Part shown: positions 21,687 to 34,259 of the stretch, piece after piece | Layout: the number at the start of each line of letters is the position of its first letter | Numbering within the stretch: the first letter of the stretch is position 1 | Assembly (NCBI GenBank): GCA_000934665.2 | Contig: KZ539030.1 | Coordinates: 1-35,906, forward strand | From: Catajapyx aquilonaris | Lineage: Eukaryota | Direction: 5' to 3' | DNA length: 35,906 bases | Position numbers and translations under genes: made by a program | The notes under the pieces: generated by a model | What the model was told of the DNA's origin: nothing | Database searches by the model: none | The model's input: the letters and a program-made list of their open reading frames with translations, nothing else

Positions 21687-24600
21687 TCAGGCAGGTTTGT
21701 CAATGATAGCCACACCCGCATAACTCCTCCCAATTCCCATTGATGCTGGCAGCATCGACCAGGAATCCGTTTTTGGATTGTAGACCTCAACTGAAGACAA
21801 GTTGGAGGAACCATCATCGCCACCAACAACATAGAGCAAGCAGTTCATTGCAACCACACCTGAAAGAAAAAGACATTGTGTGAATGTCTATGGACCATCA
21901 AAATTATCCCAATATCCTACCAAATGATGAGATTGTCAAAAAATCAGTAGTACATGAAATCCAGCTAAATCACAGAAGTAATACCTGCGTTTCTCCTGCA
22001 CAATGCCATGTCAGCTACTGGCGACCACATGTTCGTCTCGGGGTTGTAAGCTTCAACACTTTTCCTAACAAGGGGTCCGTCATGCCCACCGACAGCATAC
22101 AGTACGCCATCCAGCACCCCTACCCCTGCTCCACTTCGACGTGCAGACATCTCTGCTATGGCAGTCCAAGTGTTCATCTCTGGGTTGTAGCATTCCACAG
22201 AACTCAAGCACTGGCGAGACGCACCATCATAGCCTCCAACCTATTAGTACAACAAAAGAGAGTAAATAAGTGTTTGAAGTTAATTATATTCTCCACCATT
22301 TCTCAATATGACTTACTGCATAGAGCAGGCCCTGGACTACTCCAACTCCAACGCTGCTCCTTCTGGTACTCATGGGTGCCATAAGCTGCCATTCATGTGT
22401 CCTCGTATCGTACACCTCTGCCGAATTAAGCCCTGTAGATCCATCAAACCCTCCAACAGCATAGATGCAACCTCCCAAAACGGCAACCCCTAGGGTAGAC
22501 CTTCTAGCCTCCATGCTGGTGCAAGAGGACCAGTAGTCACGAGCAGGATCATAGGTATCCACTGTCCTTACACGCAGGGACCCATTGAACCCACCCACTG
22601 CATACACCTTCCCACCCATTACAGCCAGTCCAGCACGACAACGTCGGGTGGGCATCTCTGCAACCTGATGGCAGAAGACAAATCGCATAAATAACTTCTG
22701 CTATAATGCTCACTTAAAATATATGCACACTTTCTTGTTAAGATAAGTGGCACAGTGGCAAATCCACCCTACAATGCTGAAAAGACAGGAAAAGAGAGCC
22801 TGAAATGCTAAATATTTCAGTAACGTACCTGAAACCACCTCTCCTCCTTGAAGTCGTAGCACTCGACACTGCGAATTGCCTTTGGAGCCTGCCCTCCAAC
22901 AACCAGCAGCACTTTTGGCAGCCCCACTGGCTTACGCGGCTTGGTGCGAGGAGTCTTGAACAGAACCTTCTGCTCACCTTTCAGGAGGTGATACTTGAGA
23001 GCTTCAATCAGGTAGTCCTTGCCTGGAGCACAAGGAAAGCAATTAACAGCCATTCGTGAAGAAACAGAGCCATAGTCACATACACTGGTGGTTGGCCTTC
23101 AGCAGCGGCTCTTCCTCCACCCTCTGGACCAGGTACTCTTGGGACAACAGGGGCAAACGGACATGCTCCATCAACTCTGCCAGATGGCACTGCCGTGTGT
23201 CCAGGTCGCTGCTCACCCATGCAATTACACACTCAAACACCTGGAAAAATTAAGAAATTAATTAAAAGTACCATAGGCAGCTAAATTGACAGGACGAAAG
23301 GACATACCTTCTCTTCTGATGGCACTGTCAACCTGTCACTTGAGATCAGCCTGGCCACCTGCTGGGCTGACAATGTCAAAAATTCTTCACACTCCACCAC
23401 TTCCCTGTAATAAGATACCAAATGACCACTGACCCACTGTCATTCAGGAATTTAAAAGTATACACACAGCTAATAGATGGATCAAATATTGCAAAATAGA
23501 CATCTCTAGTATAGCCTACTCTTATACAGCATGAAAAGTGCACACTTCCTGTCTGACGTAGGTTCCTTGAAATATGCTAAGATGGAATAACCCTCATTAA
23601 TTTTGTAAATTTGAGGGATCCCATGGCAATGCACCATGAGTCTATTGTGCCACTCCTTCTCTCTTGAGAAGTTACATATCGTCAGCCGGCGATCAAAACC
23701 TCGTAACTCCATTTTTGCGCGAAAATGGACTTACGAGTGAGGTCCCTTTGCACAACTTTGCAACGGTGTACATGAATTCAACATCATCCTCATGAAAGGT
23801 AAGGTTTACGTTATGCTACACTGTAGGAATTGTTAGCATGAACAGAAAACATGATTTTACAAAATGTTTTTTGTCCCTCCTGTAAAATTTGGTCTTGAGG
23901 AGTTACGAGGTTTCGATCGCCGGCCGACGATATGTACAGCGTAGATATACTCACGGGAAGTGCTGCTCAATATAACTCTCAGCTTGACTCAGAAGCTCCA
24001 AACAGCCATGTAGGTCTGCAAAGGCCCTGATCCCTAGGCAATTAGTAGGGTGGAGTTGTGCGTGAAGAAAGACGCAGCATGCGTCACGAACATCCGTCAG
24101 CTGCAGGAGGTTTGCTGCAGGAAGCAGTACCTGTAGCAATGAAAATGTCCACCTTATTACTGCTGGAACATGTGAACATATTGCATATAAAAGAATCATT
24201 CACAGGTTGGAGGGCAATGGATTACAATGAATTTCACAACCATTCAATGAGAAAAAAATTCAGGCCTGTTGTTCCATTCCAATCATTGGAGTTGGAATAT
24301 TAAGCCCATCAATGGCAATGCAATTGTTTAATAACTGAGGAACTGCAGCACTCTCACAAGCATTAACATTTCACAAGGCGAGCATCTAGACACTCACCCT
24401 AACTTCATCATGATGAAAAAGATATTTACTGACCTGCACATTGTCTTCGGTGACCTGTACCTCAGACGAGTACACATATTCGATGAGCAGCTGTAGAGCA
24501 TGGGCGTCCACTCCTTGAAGAGTGATCCTCTCTTGCTTGCTCTCCTCGAAGCTAGTGAACATGGCATAAAAGTATGGGCTACAAGCAGCCAACACCATTT

Positions 24601-26131
24601 TGTGAGCTGGGATCTCAACTCCATCCGCAATTAGGATCACATCGCACAAGAGATTTTGTCTGAAAGTTGAAATGGAAATGTCCAACTCAAGAAAGGTAAA
24701 TCATAATTTATTGTAATGCAAATGTTTTGATTGATGTGTTCCAAACAGTATAAGAGAAAGAAAAAAAACAACTAAAATAACATTTGAATATAGCTAGATC
24801 ATGTGCAATGGTTCTATTTATTGTACTACAAACCCTGCTAATTTCGTTAAAATCATGATTGGGACGTTTTGCTTCATATTCACTTTAATAGATTCTTGTC
24901 AGTTCCTGCACAAGATATCCCATGTATTTTTGTTGCACATTACAGAAACTACCGGTACTCAGTGAGAAATGTTCACAGAATATATACACCTCTGTGCATG
25001 CAAATAACATTTAAAATATCAATCAAATTAGAGCATACTTCCTCATGACATTCATGACGTCAAAGGCCCTGTGGGTGTGATGTGAATTCCTGTATGGCGG
25101 CTTCTCCTTGCCCAGAGGTCTGGGCATATGCTTCTGTGAACTTTCATCCAGGGAGTTCTGGCTTGCATGGCGAAGGAGGAGGCGACTGCAACAAAGAAAA
25201 GTGTGACTAAAACTACATACCTTTTCATACATTACAAAAAAGAACTTGCACAGTTTCAGAATATGTTCCAGGCATTTCAAAGAGCACCATGAAATAAGAA
25301 CAAAATATTTCCCTGCCACCGAGTTGTACGGACATCCTGGGAACGCATGACCAACCATTAATTTTGTGGGACTTATCTCAAATTAATCAACAAATCCTAA
25401 TGTCATTTCATCCTGCAAGCAAAAAAGCAGTTGCAGCAGTCAAAGTTACATAAAGACATTGTGCATCAAGACATGCACATGTTGCAATGTGTACTGTTGC
25501 ATCAATCAGGATGTGCCATGCAACACTACTGACAAATGCAAGTTGTTTCATAATCGTGTCACTGTATAAACAAAAGAATCAGGGCTACGATCTCGTCTTG
25601 TGAGATTTTGGCCCACGCTTTTCAAGTGAAAATGTGTTGTCATCACAGTCAAGTTGGAAAATCATCTTCAGATAATGTGTATTAATAAAACACTGACTTG
25701 GCAGAATATTATACAGCAGCATCCAGTACACAATAGCCAGATGCGATCAGAATGAACAATTATTCCTGCAGTATCTATGTCCCACTGCTAGTTACGGCTA
25801 ACCGCAGTAACTTACAGCGGGACGTAAATTCCACCCTATTGCGCAGTATTTCATATTTTGTATGATCATTACGATCCTAAGTTTGATCCCATGATTTCCT
25901 TATGCTAAAAAAAAAAAAAAGCTGTATGATCAGATGATGTTTACATGTTTCTCAAGGTCTGTTTTCCATGCATGAGCCAAAGCAACTAAGGCCATCTGAC
26001 TATACAGAATGACCCCCTTTTTTTAAATGCAACTTGTAGAAATAACAATGAGTGATTATGTGATACGTAAATAATTACCTCTCTTGCTTCTCGAGTGTCC
26101 CGTTTCCACCCGTCCCGTTGAGGAGGTCCAT
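21687..26131 (-). CDS. kel: Ring canal kelch homolog (BTB-BACK-6 x Kelch, KLHL2/KLHL3-like Cullin-3 adaptor), complete, 608 aa
   Basis: Ten minus-strand exons, all GT-AG with matching phases: 26131-26079, 25185-25039, 24659-24434, 24130-23955, 23404-23308, 23240-23084, 23022-22829, 22664-22317, 22240-21985, 21859-21687 (1827 nt = 608 aa + TGA). Motifs: [13 protein letters not shown] (recalled from insect Kelch); [55 protein letters not shown] and [12 protein letters not shown]; kelch repeats [84 protein letters not shown]; ends [10 protein letters not shown]. The first exon is the least certain. Confidence 0.95.
23675..23934. mobile_element. Tc1/mariner-type MITE (260 bp) in kelch intron 4, TA target-site duplication
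   Basis: TA|CATATCGTCAGCCGGCGATCAAAACCTCGTAACTCC (23673-23710) versus GGAGTTACGAGGTTTCGATCGCCGGCCGACGATATG|TA (23899-23936): 36 bp TIRs with 2 mismatches, TA on both sides, no coding capacity. Confidence 0.88.
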
Positions 26132-26842
26132 CCGACGGATCGGCGGACGCTGGCACAGGCTTCGCAGGGGGGAGATGGCTCCCGACAGTGCAATTGCGAA
26201 AAAAGCAATTACTCCAAACCCCCCTCCTCCTCCTCCTCCTTTTCTTCTTCTTCTCTTTTCCTTGTTGCTCGTCCTCTCTTGAGATTGCAACGCACTTCTT
26301 TTTCCTCAAGCTGCACCAGTCGTTCCTACTTGCACCAGAGGCGGACCGGATCGGAGGAACGGACGGCTGCGAAAAGGGGAACGGAGCGGAGCGGAACAGA
26401 AGCGGAATGTTTTGAAGAAACAAAAATTGGAACACTGAAAAAAAATTAAATCAACCGTTGCTGGGCAGGTGGGTCAACAACGGACCTTTCGTTATTGTCA
26501 AAATGAGAACTATCGAAGGATGGTGCAAACAAAGTGGTGGATGTAACCTGAACGTCGTTATACCGGTCCCTATATACTGACAAGTGGTGTCAAAAGGTAA
26601 TCGTCAAACTACAAAATGATCATATCTCGAAATCATGCCTACTAAGTAACAAACTATTAATAATTAAATCAAATTGCATAAAAAATTAAAATTAAATTGA
26701 TTAAATTAAAGAAATAATTTCACAAATTATATAAATTAAAAGGAGACATGTGCACTTTATACATAATAACTAATTGCGTGTACAAAAACTAAATTAATTA
26801 AACGACTAAATATTACCTAAATGTGACAGATAAGCAACAATC
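26132..26842. promoter_or_regulatory. Short divergent intergenic and 5' UTR region shared by kelch and the F-box gene (probable bidirectional promoter)
   Basis: The two start codons point apart and are separated by only 711 bp. The kelch leader (26132-26410) is CpG-rich and ATG-free. Inr-like TCAGT occurs on the minus strand at 26434-26438 (which could instead be a splice acceptor) and at 26576-26580. A possible plus-strand UTR intron runs 26597-26829 (AAG|GTAATC...GACAG|) over an AT-rich tract. Confidence 0.5.
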
Positions 26843-28117
26843 ATGGCAGACAGAGGCGAAGATGGCAGTTCATATGTCGGTTGTCTGTTGGAAGACATAT
26901 TGGACCGAGTATTTGAACCAGCAGATGACTTGTTCAACACCAAGCTCGTACTTGACGTCAAGATAAAGATCTTTTCGTACCTGCCCACGGACGTAAAGTT
27001 GCTGGTAATCCCAGATGTTTGCAATGAGTGGAGAGAAATCGTACATGAAGAACCCACGCTTTGGACGACAATGAAGGTGACAATAAACGACATTCCAATC
27101 GACATCTGCTTGGAACAGCTGCAGAGATCGCCATTGCTGAAGAAGCTGACAGTGTGTGGTAACGGGGAGTACTACAACTGCGACTTGATCCTGTGGTTTG
27201 TATCCACGGACTGTCCGGAACTGGAGGAATTAATTCTGGAGAAATGCAGCGCCTCCAAGGACGGCATCCTGTCCATCACATTGTCCAGCAAGAAGCTTCG
27301 TGTCATCAAACTGGTCGCATTCAGCGCCAATCACGAAAATGACTTTCTGTTATTCTCAGCCTGCGCGACTCTGGAGAAGTTCTCAATTGACCGCTGCGAC
27401 GTCTTGTCCTGGTACAATCAGACATCCGAACCAACAATCCCTTGGGATTTTTGCAACCTTAAGGAGCTGACAATGGACGGACCACCACCCCATTTTCAAG
27501 CCAGATTGCTGAGCCAAATCGGACATAAGTTGGACACTCTACATGCAGACAGACTCTCCCATCCGGACATCTTCCTCTTGCTGCCCAGCTTCCCACAGCT
27601 GAAGACGCTGGACCTTCAGGACGCTTTTCTCATGGAGGACACGAGTCTTCTGGGTGGACTTGGACAGCTGGTCAACCTGCGCAATCTTGTGATTCCAGGA
27701 GCTTCTCAGTTGAGTCCTGATGCGGTTCTGGAGTTTCTGTGTATGAAGACTGTGGTCGGACGACTGGAGCTACTGGATCTGTCGTATGTCGAAATAGACG
27801 ATTGTTGTCTCGAAGCAATCGCGGAAAACTGCGGTGCACTCAGAACCTTACATGTGACTCCGACGCTGGCCAGTTTGGATTGCTTGAAGTTGTTTGTGGC
27901 GACCAGGGTGCCTCCACTACAGACATTGCATGTCTGGTATCCTATCGAGGACATTCCGCCACATTTTATGGACTCGTGCTATCCTCAGAAAGGATGTAGT
28001 GAAATAATGTTTATCAATATGAATGGATGGGTAAAAAACCCAAAGTTGGTGGTATGGATGGGAATGATTACTCGACATAGTCACGCTGCTAATTTTGGCT
28101 CGCTTCTAAAAATTTAG
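26843..28117 (+). CDS. F-box/leucine-rich-repeat protein (FBXL-like), single coding exon, 424 aa
   Basis: Uninterrupted 1275 nt ORF with a good start context (ACAATCATGG). F-box motif LVLDVKIKIFSYLPTDVKLLVIPDVCNEWREIVHEEPTLW is followed by AMN1/RNI-like LRRs (CPELEELILEKC, LKTLDLQD, LRNLVIPGASQLS, LELLDLSYVEIDDCCLEAIAENCGALRTLHV). AATAAA follows at 28152. Confidence 0.88.
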   Translation: MADRGEDGSSYVGCLLEDILDRVFEPADDLFNTKLVLDVKIKIFSYLPTDVKLLVIPDVCNEWREIVHEEPTLWTTMKVTINDIPIDICLEQLQRSPLLKKLTVCGNGEYYNCDLILWFVSTDCPELEELILEKCSASKDGILSITLSSKKLRVIKLVAFSANHENDFLLFSACATLEKFSIDRCDVLSWYNQTSEPTIPWDFCNLKELTMDGPPPHFQARLLSQIGHKLDTLHADRLSHPDIFLLLPSFPQLKTLDLQDAFLMEDTSLLGGLGQLVNLRNLVIPGASQLSPDAVLEFLCMKTVVGRLELLDLSYVEIDDCCLEAIAENCGALRTLHVTPTLASLDCLKLFVATRVPPLQTLHVWYPIEDIPPHFMDSCYPQKGCSEIMFINMNGWVKNPKLVVWMGMITRHSHAANFGSLLKI

Positions 28118-28151
28118 TAATGCTTCAACAATGTCATTGTCATTGAGTTGA

Positions 28152-28157
28152 AATAAA
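28152..28157 (+). terminator. Polyadenylation signal of the F-box/LRR gene
   Basis: AATAAA 35 nt after the stop codon, followed by T/GT-rich sequence. Confidence 0.55.
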
Positions 28158-31100
28158 TTATTACGTTTTAAACTTGTCATCGTACAATTTCAGATCATAA
28201 TGACCTGTCGCCATAGTATGCAAGCCCTGCTTGCAAATGAGCCAGACACCGGTAAAGAAACATATATTGTCTTGGTGCAGCTTCCTGGCTGGCTGGGCCT
28301 GATGAATAATTCAGTCCAACTTAGTCTATGAATGGGAAGAAAACGGGGGTCGATTCTCAATGCCAGAAAAGATTGAATGGGAGGACCGAGCCTCTTCTTC
28401 CGCTGCTCCATCCTCAGACTCTAGTCAATGACATTCCTCAGGTGTTATCCTGGAAACCTAGACGTGAATCATTCCTCGGTTGAACTCTTACCTATATCAT
28501 TTCAGCGGAAATATCTAAGACGGGATGTCGTAAAATAAGTTGCGCAAGAGTGTGTGGTTACGCTGGGTGGCTTCTACTCTGAGGATGGGTAACATAAGGA
28601 TGTCTTGGAGTCATCTGCTGGTAAGTCTTTTATTGTTGCATCAAACAGAAAACAATTGTGTTCAGGGTAAATCGTACTTACAGTTAGACCTAAATTCTGA
28701 ACAGACTTTAGGGACACCCTGTGAGACTTTTGGTAACAAATAACTTGGACTCAAAATTACTTACAAACGCAATTTTTTTTGGAACACCATGTGTTAATAA
28801 AACAACTGGATTTATGTAAGTCTAGTCCACAAAAGGTGTTGAATTCTTATCGGATCTGCTGACCATATTAATTGATGATGCGGATATTTGGACTTGCTGG
28901 CAGGAGGGCACAAATGGCCTGACCTACGACAGGCAAGGTCAGACGCACTTGTGACGTCACTGTTAGGTACCCCGCCCAGGACCCCACCCATTATGGGACC
29001 TCCAATTTCACTGTCCGCCTTGGACAAAAAAAGAACTTCTTGCTCCACCTATGACCTTTCGCTTTGTTTTTTTTGCTACAAACTAGGTGCACTATCGTAA
29101 AACAACTGCTGACCACTCGATGTACCAGATACAGATTGTTTATACAACACCGTCTGAATTTAATGACCTCAAATTAATTGTGTGCATTTCCTTGTGTGCA
29201 CAAATGATCGAGATCATATTTATTATTTGTAAAATGGCCAGAAAGACTTGTCAGGGCGTGGTCATATGTGGCGGGTGAGTCGATTGCAATGATCTGATAT
29301 GTACTTGAGAAGGGGGTTTTCCAAAGGTTCAAGGCTGATGGCTCTTGTAAGGCCTCCAATTGGCTTCAAACACTGCAATATTCAAAGTAAGCCTGCAGTC
29401 ATCCTCTCTGTCTTAGATGAGATCACGACCACAATTTAGTAATCACGATCGGTTTTATTCAGGTCCAATCAGTACTTCTTTTGTGCCCATACCCCACATC
29501 GAATATTGTAACTGGTTACACTGGCTTACGGATTTTCTCACCTTTGGTCCAAGGCAAGGTTTCAGACTTTTAAAAAATACGAAGGACAGTTTAGTCAAAC
29601 CGAAAGGTGTAGGTTGATATACTGACAGCCGAAAACAACAACAATGGTGAACTTGCAAATTACAAGCTCCTATTAAATGGGGTGATTCGGTAATAATTTC
29701 AACTTGGTGTTATTGAATTGTTAGAAAACCAGTAGCTAAACGATCCATTATCCTGTCCAGGAATGATTATGTCCATCGTGTGGAAATAAATGGACATATT
29801 TTCACCACAAGAAACTGTTAACACAATTGAAATTCTTAATCAACACCCACAGCAGGAGTCTGTCTTGTGTATGGTTGATAAGACACGTACATTGTATGAA
29901 CTCAAATTAATTTAAAAAAACTCAGGTCATATCTTGCGAATTTTTTTCAGACATTCCATGCCCATTTTGTGCCCATCTTGAACCCTCTCTAGGACAATGC
30001 TATTTCCTAGATTACAATCTGACCTGCTATGACTTAACATATCTGATTTCCAAACAACTATCAGCCATCTCCAATGCTTCATAATTATGTCAGACAGACA
30101 TGTCCGATGCTTATCTTCACTCCCAAAGATGGCGCCCTCCATTCTCATTCTCTCAACCCACCTGACTACAAGGGTGGCCAATCTTCACTCCAGATCGACC
30201 CCACCTGACATGACAAATGCCATTCCTGGACAGATCAATCCAACACTCAGCAGCAACAACAAGAAATATTTACGAGGGGCGAAGATGGCCACAAATCCGG
30301 TTGCCTTTTTAAAACACCTTTCTCCATGTTCCCACTGGGGAGACCTCTGGAATGCGGTAGTCGCCATTGGATTTACGATCAGCTCCTGTTTGGAAACTGG
30401 GGTCAGCAGATCAGGTGCAAAAAAATTTGGAAGAGCTAATTTAAATGGTTGGGTTGGGGAATTAAGGAGGCGTGTTTGCCTGTCTGTTTTGCATGGCTTT
30501 TGTGGTTGATTAGTGGGTTTAAACGGTGTTGCGTGTGGGGTTTAATTAGCGGGTTGGACCCTTTCAATTAGGCGTAAGTAGGCTGTTTATGACAGTAAGG
30601 TTGAATGCTGTTGGGAGTTGGCGTCTCATAAAATTTTAATTAAAATTATGTAGGTTGTGTGACCGATTGGCCCACCGTATATTGTTTCCGCGACGCTTCC
30701 GATTGGCTCCCGTTCTGCGCCTGCGCGATAGGGGAGGACCTACTCAGTTGCTTGCTGACTGGCGGCAGGTAAACATATAGTCTCTCCCGTCCCCTCCACC
30801 GCGACGCGACGGGGCGCCAAATCGGTCGCAGGTACTTTAAATAAAAAATTAGGCCCAGCAACAATGGGGATTTGCATGACAAGTGTGCTAATAACAGGCC
30901 ATCAATATCTGTCAACTCGACTCCATCTCCCTCCCATTGAGTCTGACTGATATGTCTGCTACCAACACTTCTCGAAACGTGCTGACAATCCCTGTGACTG
31001 ATGTCCCACGTCTGTCTTACAAGACGAGAGTTAAAGACAACCCGGTGAGATGATGATTAGCGAAGAAGAAGAAGAAAAAAAATAGAGAGACATTCCTGGA

Positions 31101-34100
31101 CCTGCGTCATTTGCTTCCGGATTGACCTCGCTCCGGTCACGATTTTCCATGCTCGCACTTTCACATTACGCCGCAAGGTCAATGTTGAGACTACCAATTT
31201 GGGTCTGTGCCCACCCCCTGGATATTTCGTCGAGCGGCCCAGATAAAAAGAAAAGCTCTTTCCCACAATTCCGCATTGGTCAGATTCTCCTCATTGTAAT
31301 TAGTGACTGTATACCACCCACAGAGGGTGTAGATACGACATCTGAGCATATATCAAACAGTGTCATGTTGATATGCCACCGGTTTACCAGCTGGATCCAA
31401 TTTTTTTATATTGTTTGTAAGTGGCTGGTTGATATGAAATATTGGCAGCTTGATCGTTGATGAATGATTGCAACAATGTTTGGTTTTATGACAGTGTGGC
31501 ATTGGGGTATTTGCTTCCGGTAAATGTTAATTGGCTGAGGTTTCCATCATTCAGAGCAATTAATTGGTGCTCCCCTGAATTTTTATCCGTTAGGCAATAT
31601 GACAGCTTGAAGGGTGGCATACCCTGCAGGATATTGATGTGTAATTATGTATTTTTCTGAAAATAGACCAATCAATTTCCTGTCTAAGAAAACATTGTTA
31701 AAGTGGGCGTACAATATTTTTTTTGAAGGTTTTCTATACCATGCTTCCACCTTGAGATGTAATTTGATATTTTCCCAACCGCTTAAGAAGGATGTGAGGG
31801 GGAGTGACCCGCCCTCTTTATAATTTATCTCGTAGCCCTTTAAATATATGTAACGATAGGTTTTGAAAATTTCGAGCCACTAAAAAGGTCACTTGTCATA
31901 ATTTGTTTACGGGCTATTCTTGCTGTTGTTCCGGTTCAGGTCAGGTATTACTATCGGCACGACGGATCAGTTGTCTTGTGTCGAACAAAGCGGGTCATTT
32001 GTAGCTTTATGACCCCTTGGACCAGTTAAAATGTTTTTTTTTAACGATGTGAGTGAGGAGATTTAGGGAGCACCTGATGAGATTGACACTTGTGTAAGAT
32101 GGAAATTCTTCGCGGGGATGCCACATGTGCCTATTTCCATATGTGAGTTTGAGAGGGAGCTACAAGGATTTTGAGTCACGATTTGGCCATTAGGAAACCG
32201 ATAAAACGAGGTACGACAGCCTTGTCGTACATACCGAACTATTGTAAAAATCTGGAGATAAGTCCGATGGTTACGAGACAGGACTTTTCAATTACCATGA
32301 AGGAAGAGGTTGGAAGTCTCTTGGAATTTTATCGGGCTTTCAGATCGATTGGGGAGGATATAGTTGAATTGGGAGTGTTAGTACGGTTTCTATACATGTG
32401 AAATAGTGTCCATTACTTTTTGAGTTAAAGATTTCTTCTAACTGGTACGATCAATCGACAGGAAAATTATCTTTCAGTTCATACAAGTATAGAATTCTCA
32501 TTCTAAGCAACAACTACAAAATTGGTATAATCACAGTTGAAGAAAAAACAAGTAAATTCAAAAGATGGTAATATATCGGTATTTAAAAATTTTGAATATT
32601 AAAACTGGGAGCTTATACAATCATGCCAGAAGAATATAATTCCTTGTTATTATTGTAATGTTCTTTAGTGATACAATCGCAATTTTGTCCATAAAGACTG
32701 AATGATAAATGATTCAGTTAACAATATTTATTAAATGCAGTATAGTGCATAGACCTGTACTTCAAAAACAATAATCCAGTCTTAAATTAATACGCTTATG
32801 TCCGAGTTACATGTCCCTCTTAAGGATTTTTAAGTGGATTGAATGAATGAAAGTAAATAAAAAACAAGAGATATAGGTCACTGTTATTCATTGCTCTCAT
32901 TTTGAAAAATGAATGAATGAATGAAATGCGTAACATTCAGTCATATTATCTGACAGACTTTTAAGATTGCACACCGGTACTTTATCTCTTTTAGACTGAA
33001 ATGAATAATATTGTTGAGTATTTCTCTAGGAGACTGTAATTTCTCGATCACAAAATAATTTAGACATCTGAAATTACACTTTCGAGAACTAGCAATGATT
33101 AATCCAATATTGACCTGCGTGACAACGATATCTTTGCATTTCAAGTTTTCAAATGAAAATTGATTTGCTATCAATTTTGCACTCCGGAAGTAGACTAACT
33201 ATTTACTCAATCTTTCTGAATTTGCTCTTTCACCACTTCACAGTATCGAGGCGGATAAAGTCCCTCAAATAACTCTGCCATGCCCCAAACATTATTGTTT
33301 CGACAGTTCTTAACTCTTCCGTATGACAATGGATCCAACAATTTGCATAATGGAACGCCGTAGTAAATTAACCCGAATTTTCCAAACTTGTTCAACACCT
33401 ATTTCGCTCTTGGATTTACTACAGACATTTTTACAACTAACAACATAAAATACACATACCAAAAACTCAGCATGTCTCACTTGGCCTTTCCATCTTTATT
33501 TATACCCACATTCCCTGCTGCTATGTACGGTTACATTGACAGGTTTACCCCTCTAAAAAAATAGCAACATTACAAGCCGGATTCGAACAACTTGACCACT
33601 ATTTACTCCCATTTCTTTCTCTTTCTTGATGGAAAAAAGTGGCCTTCCAAGCAACGTCCACTCACCCTTTGGTGAATATCTGAAAGACGTAGTAATCCCA
33701 ATCTTAAAAGGCCGAGCGAGGCCCCCCGAAGAAGTCGTGTGCTGACCACAATCCCAATCCCATTGGGCGTGGTCAACATGTATAAACAAGCACCCCGTGG
33801 TAAATAACCGTTTGAGATTTCATTTATCGGTTCTGACTCGAATCTCATCTCCCTCGAGGGGTTTTTTTTAACTAGTAAAAAATATAGAGAGTCGGGCATT
33901 ATAAGTGCGGTGTGTCAAAACCCCGCCTCCGATTCACGATTCAGCTCGACTTTCGCTTCGGTCTCTACAAGGTTAATGCATGAAATTGGTTCTGGTAAAA
34001 GCCAGGCGTGCAAAATCTTCGGACTAACTGCCAAGGATTGGGTAAGAGCAGGTAATAAGTGGATGGGCACCATTTGGACCACCAACATCATTTGAGTCCT

Positions 34101-34259
34101 CTCATTTTTGCAATAAGTCAGTAAGCATATACAGGGTGAGTCCAAAATGCAGACAGCAGTGGGTAGATTGGACCAAAACTGATCAAAAATGTAGGGGTGA
34201 GAAATGATGACAAACCAACAGGTAACGCTGTATAGACAACGATGAACATTTGCAGTCCG

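Noticed and set aside
21884..24303. Plus-strand ORFs over kelch (21884-22384, 22805-23059, 24058-24303)
   Set aside because: Antisense shadows of kelch exons.
29170..30510. Possible decayed retroelement or transposase (an 'LIGPE' string near 29460 recalls a motif after RNase H in some non-LTR elements)
   Set aside because: No supporting RT, RNase H or DDE motifs in adjacent frames. It needs a TBLASTX search against a repeat library.
32050..34150. Protein-looking short ORFs (32171-32401 +, 33207-33398 -, 33603-33899 -)
   Set aside because: I could not join them into a spliced model or recognise any family.
28700..34150. Isolated Tc1-like terminal motifs (GGACACCCTGT near 28712, TACAGGGTG near 34130)
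   Set aside because: They face outward rather than enclosing an element, and no transposase lies between them.
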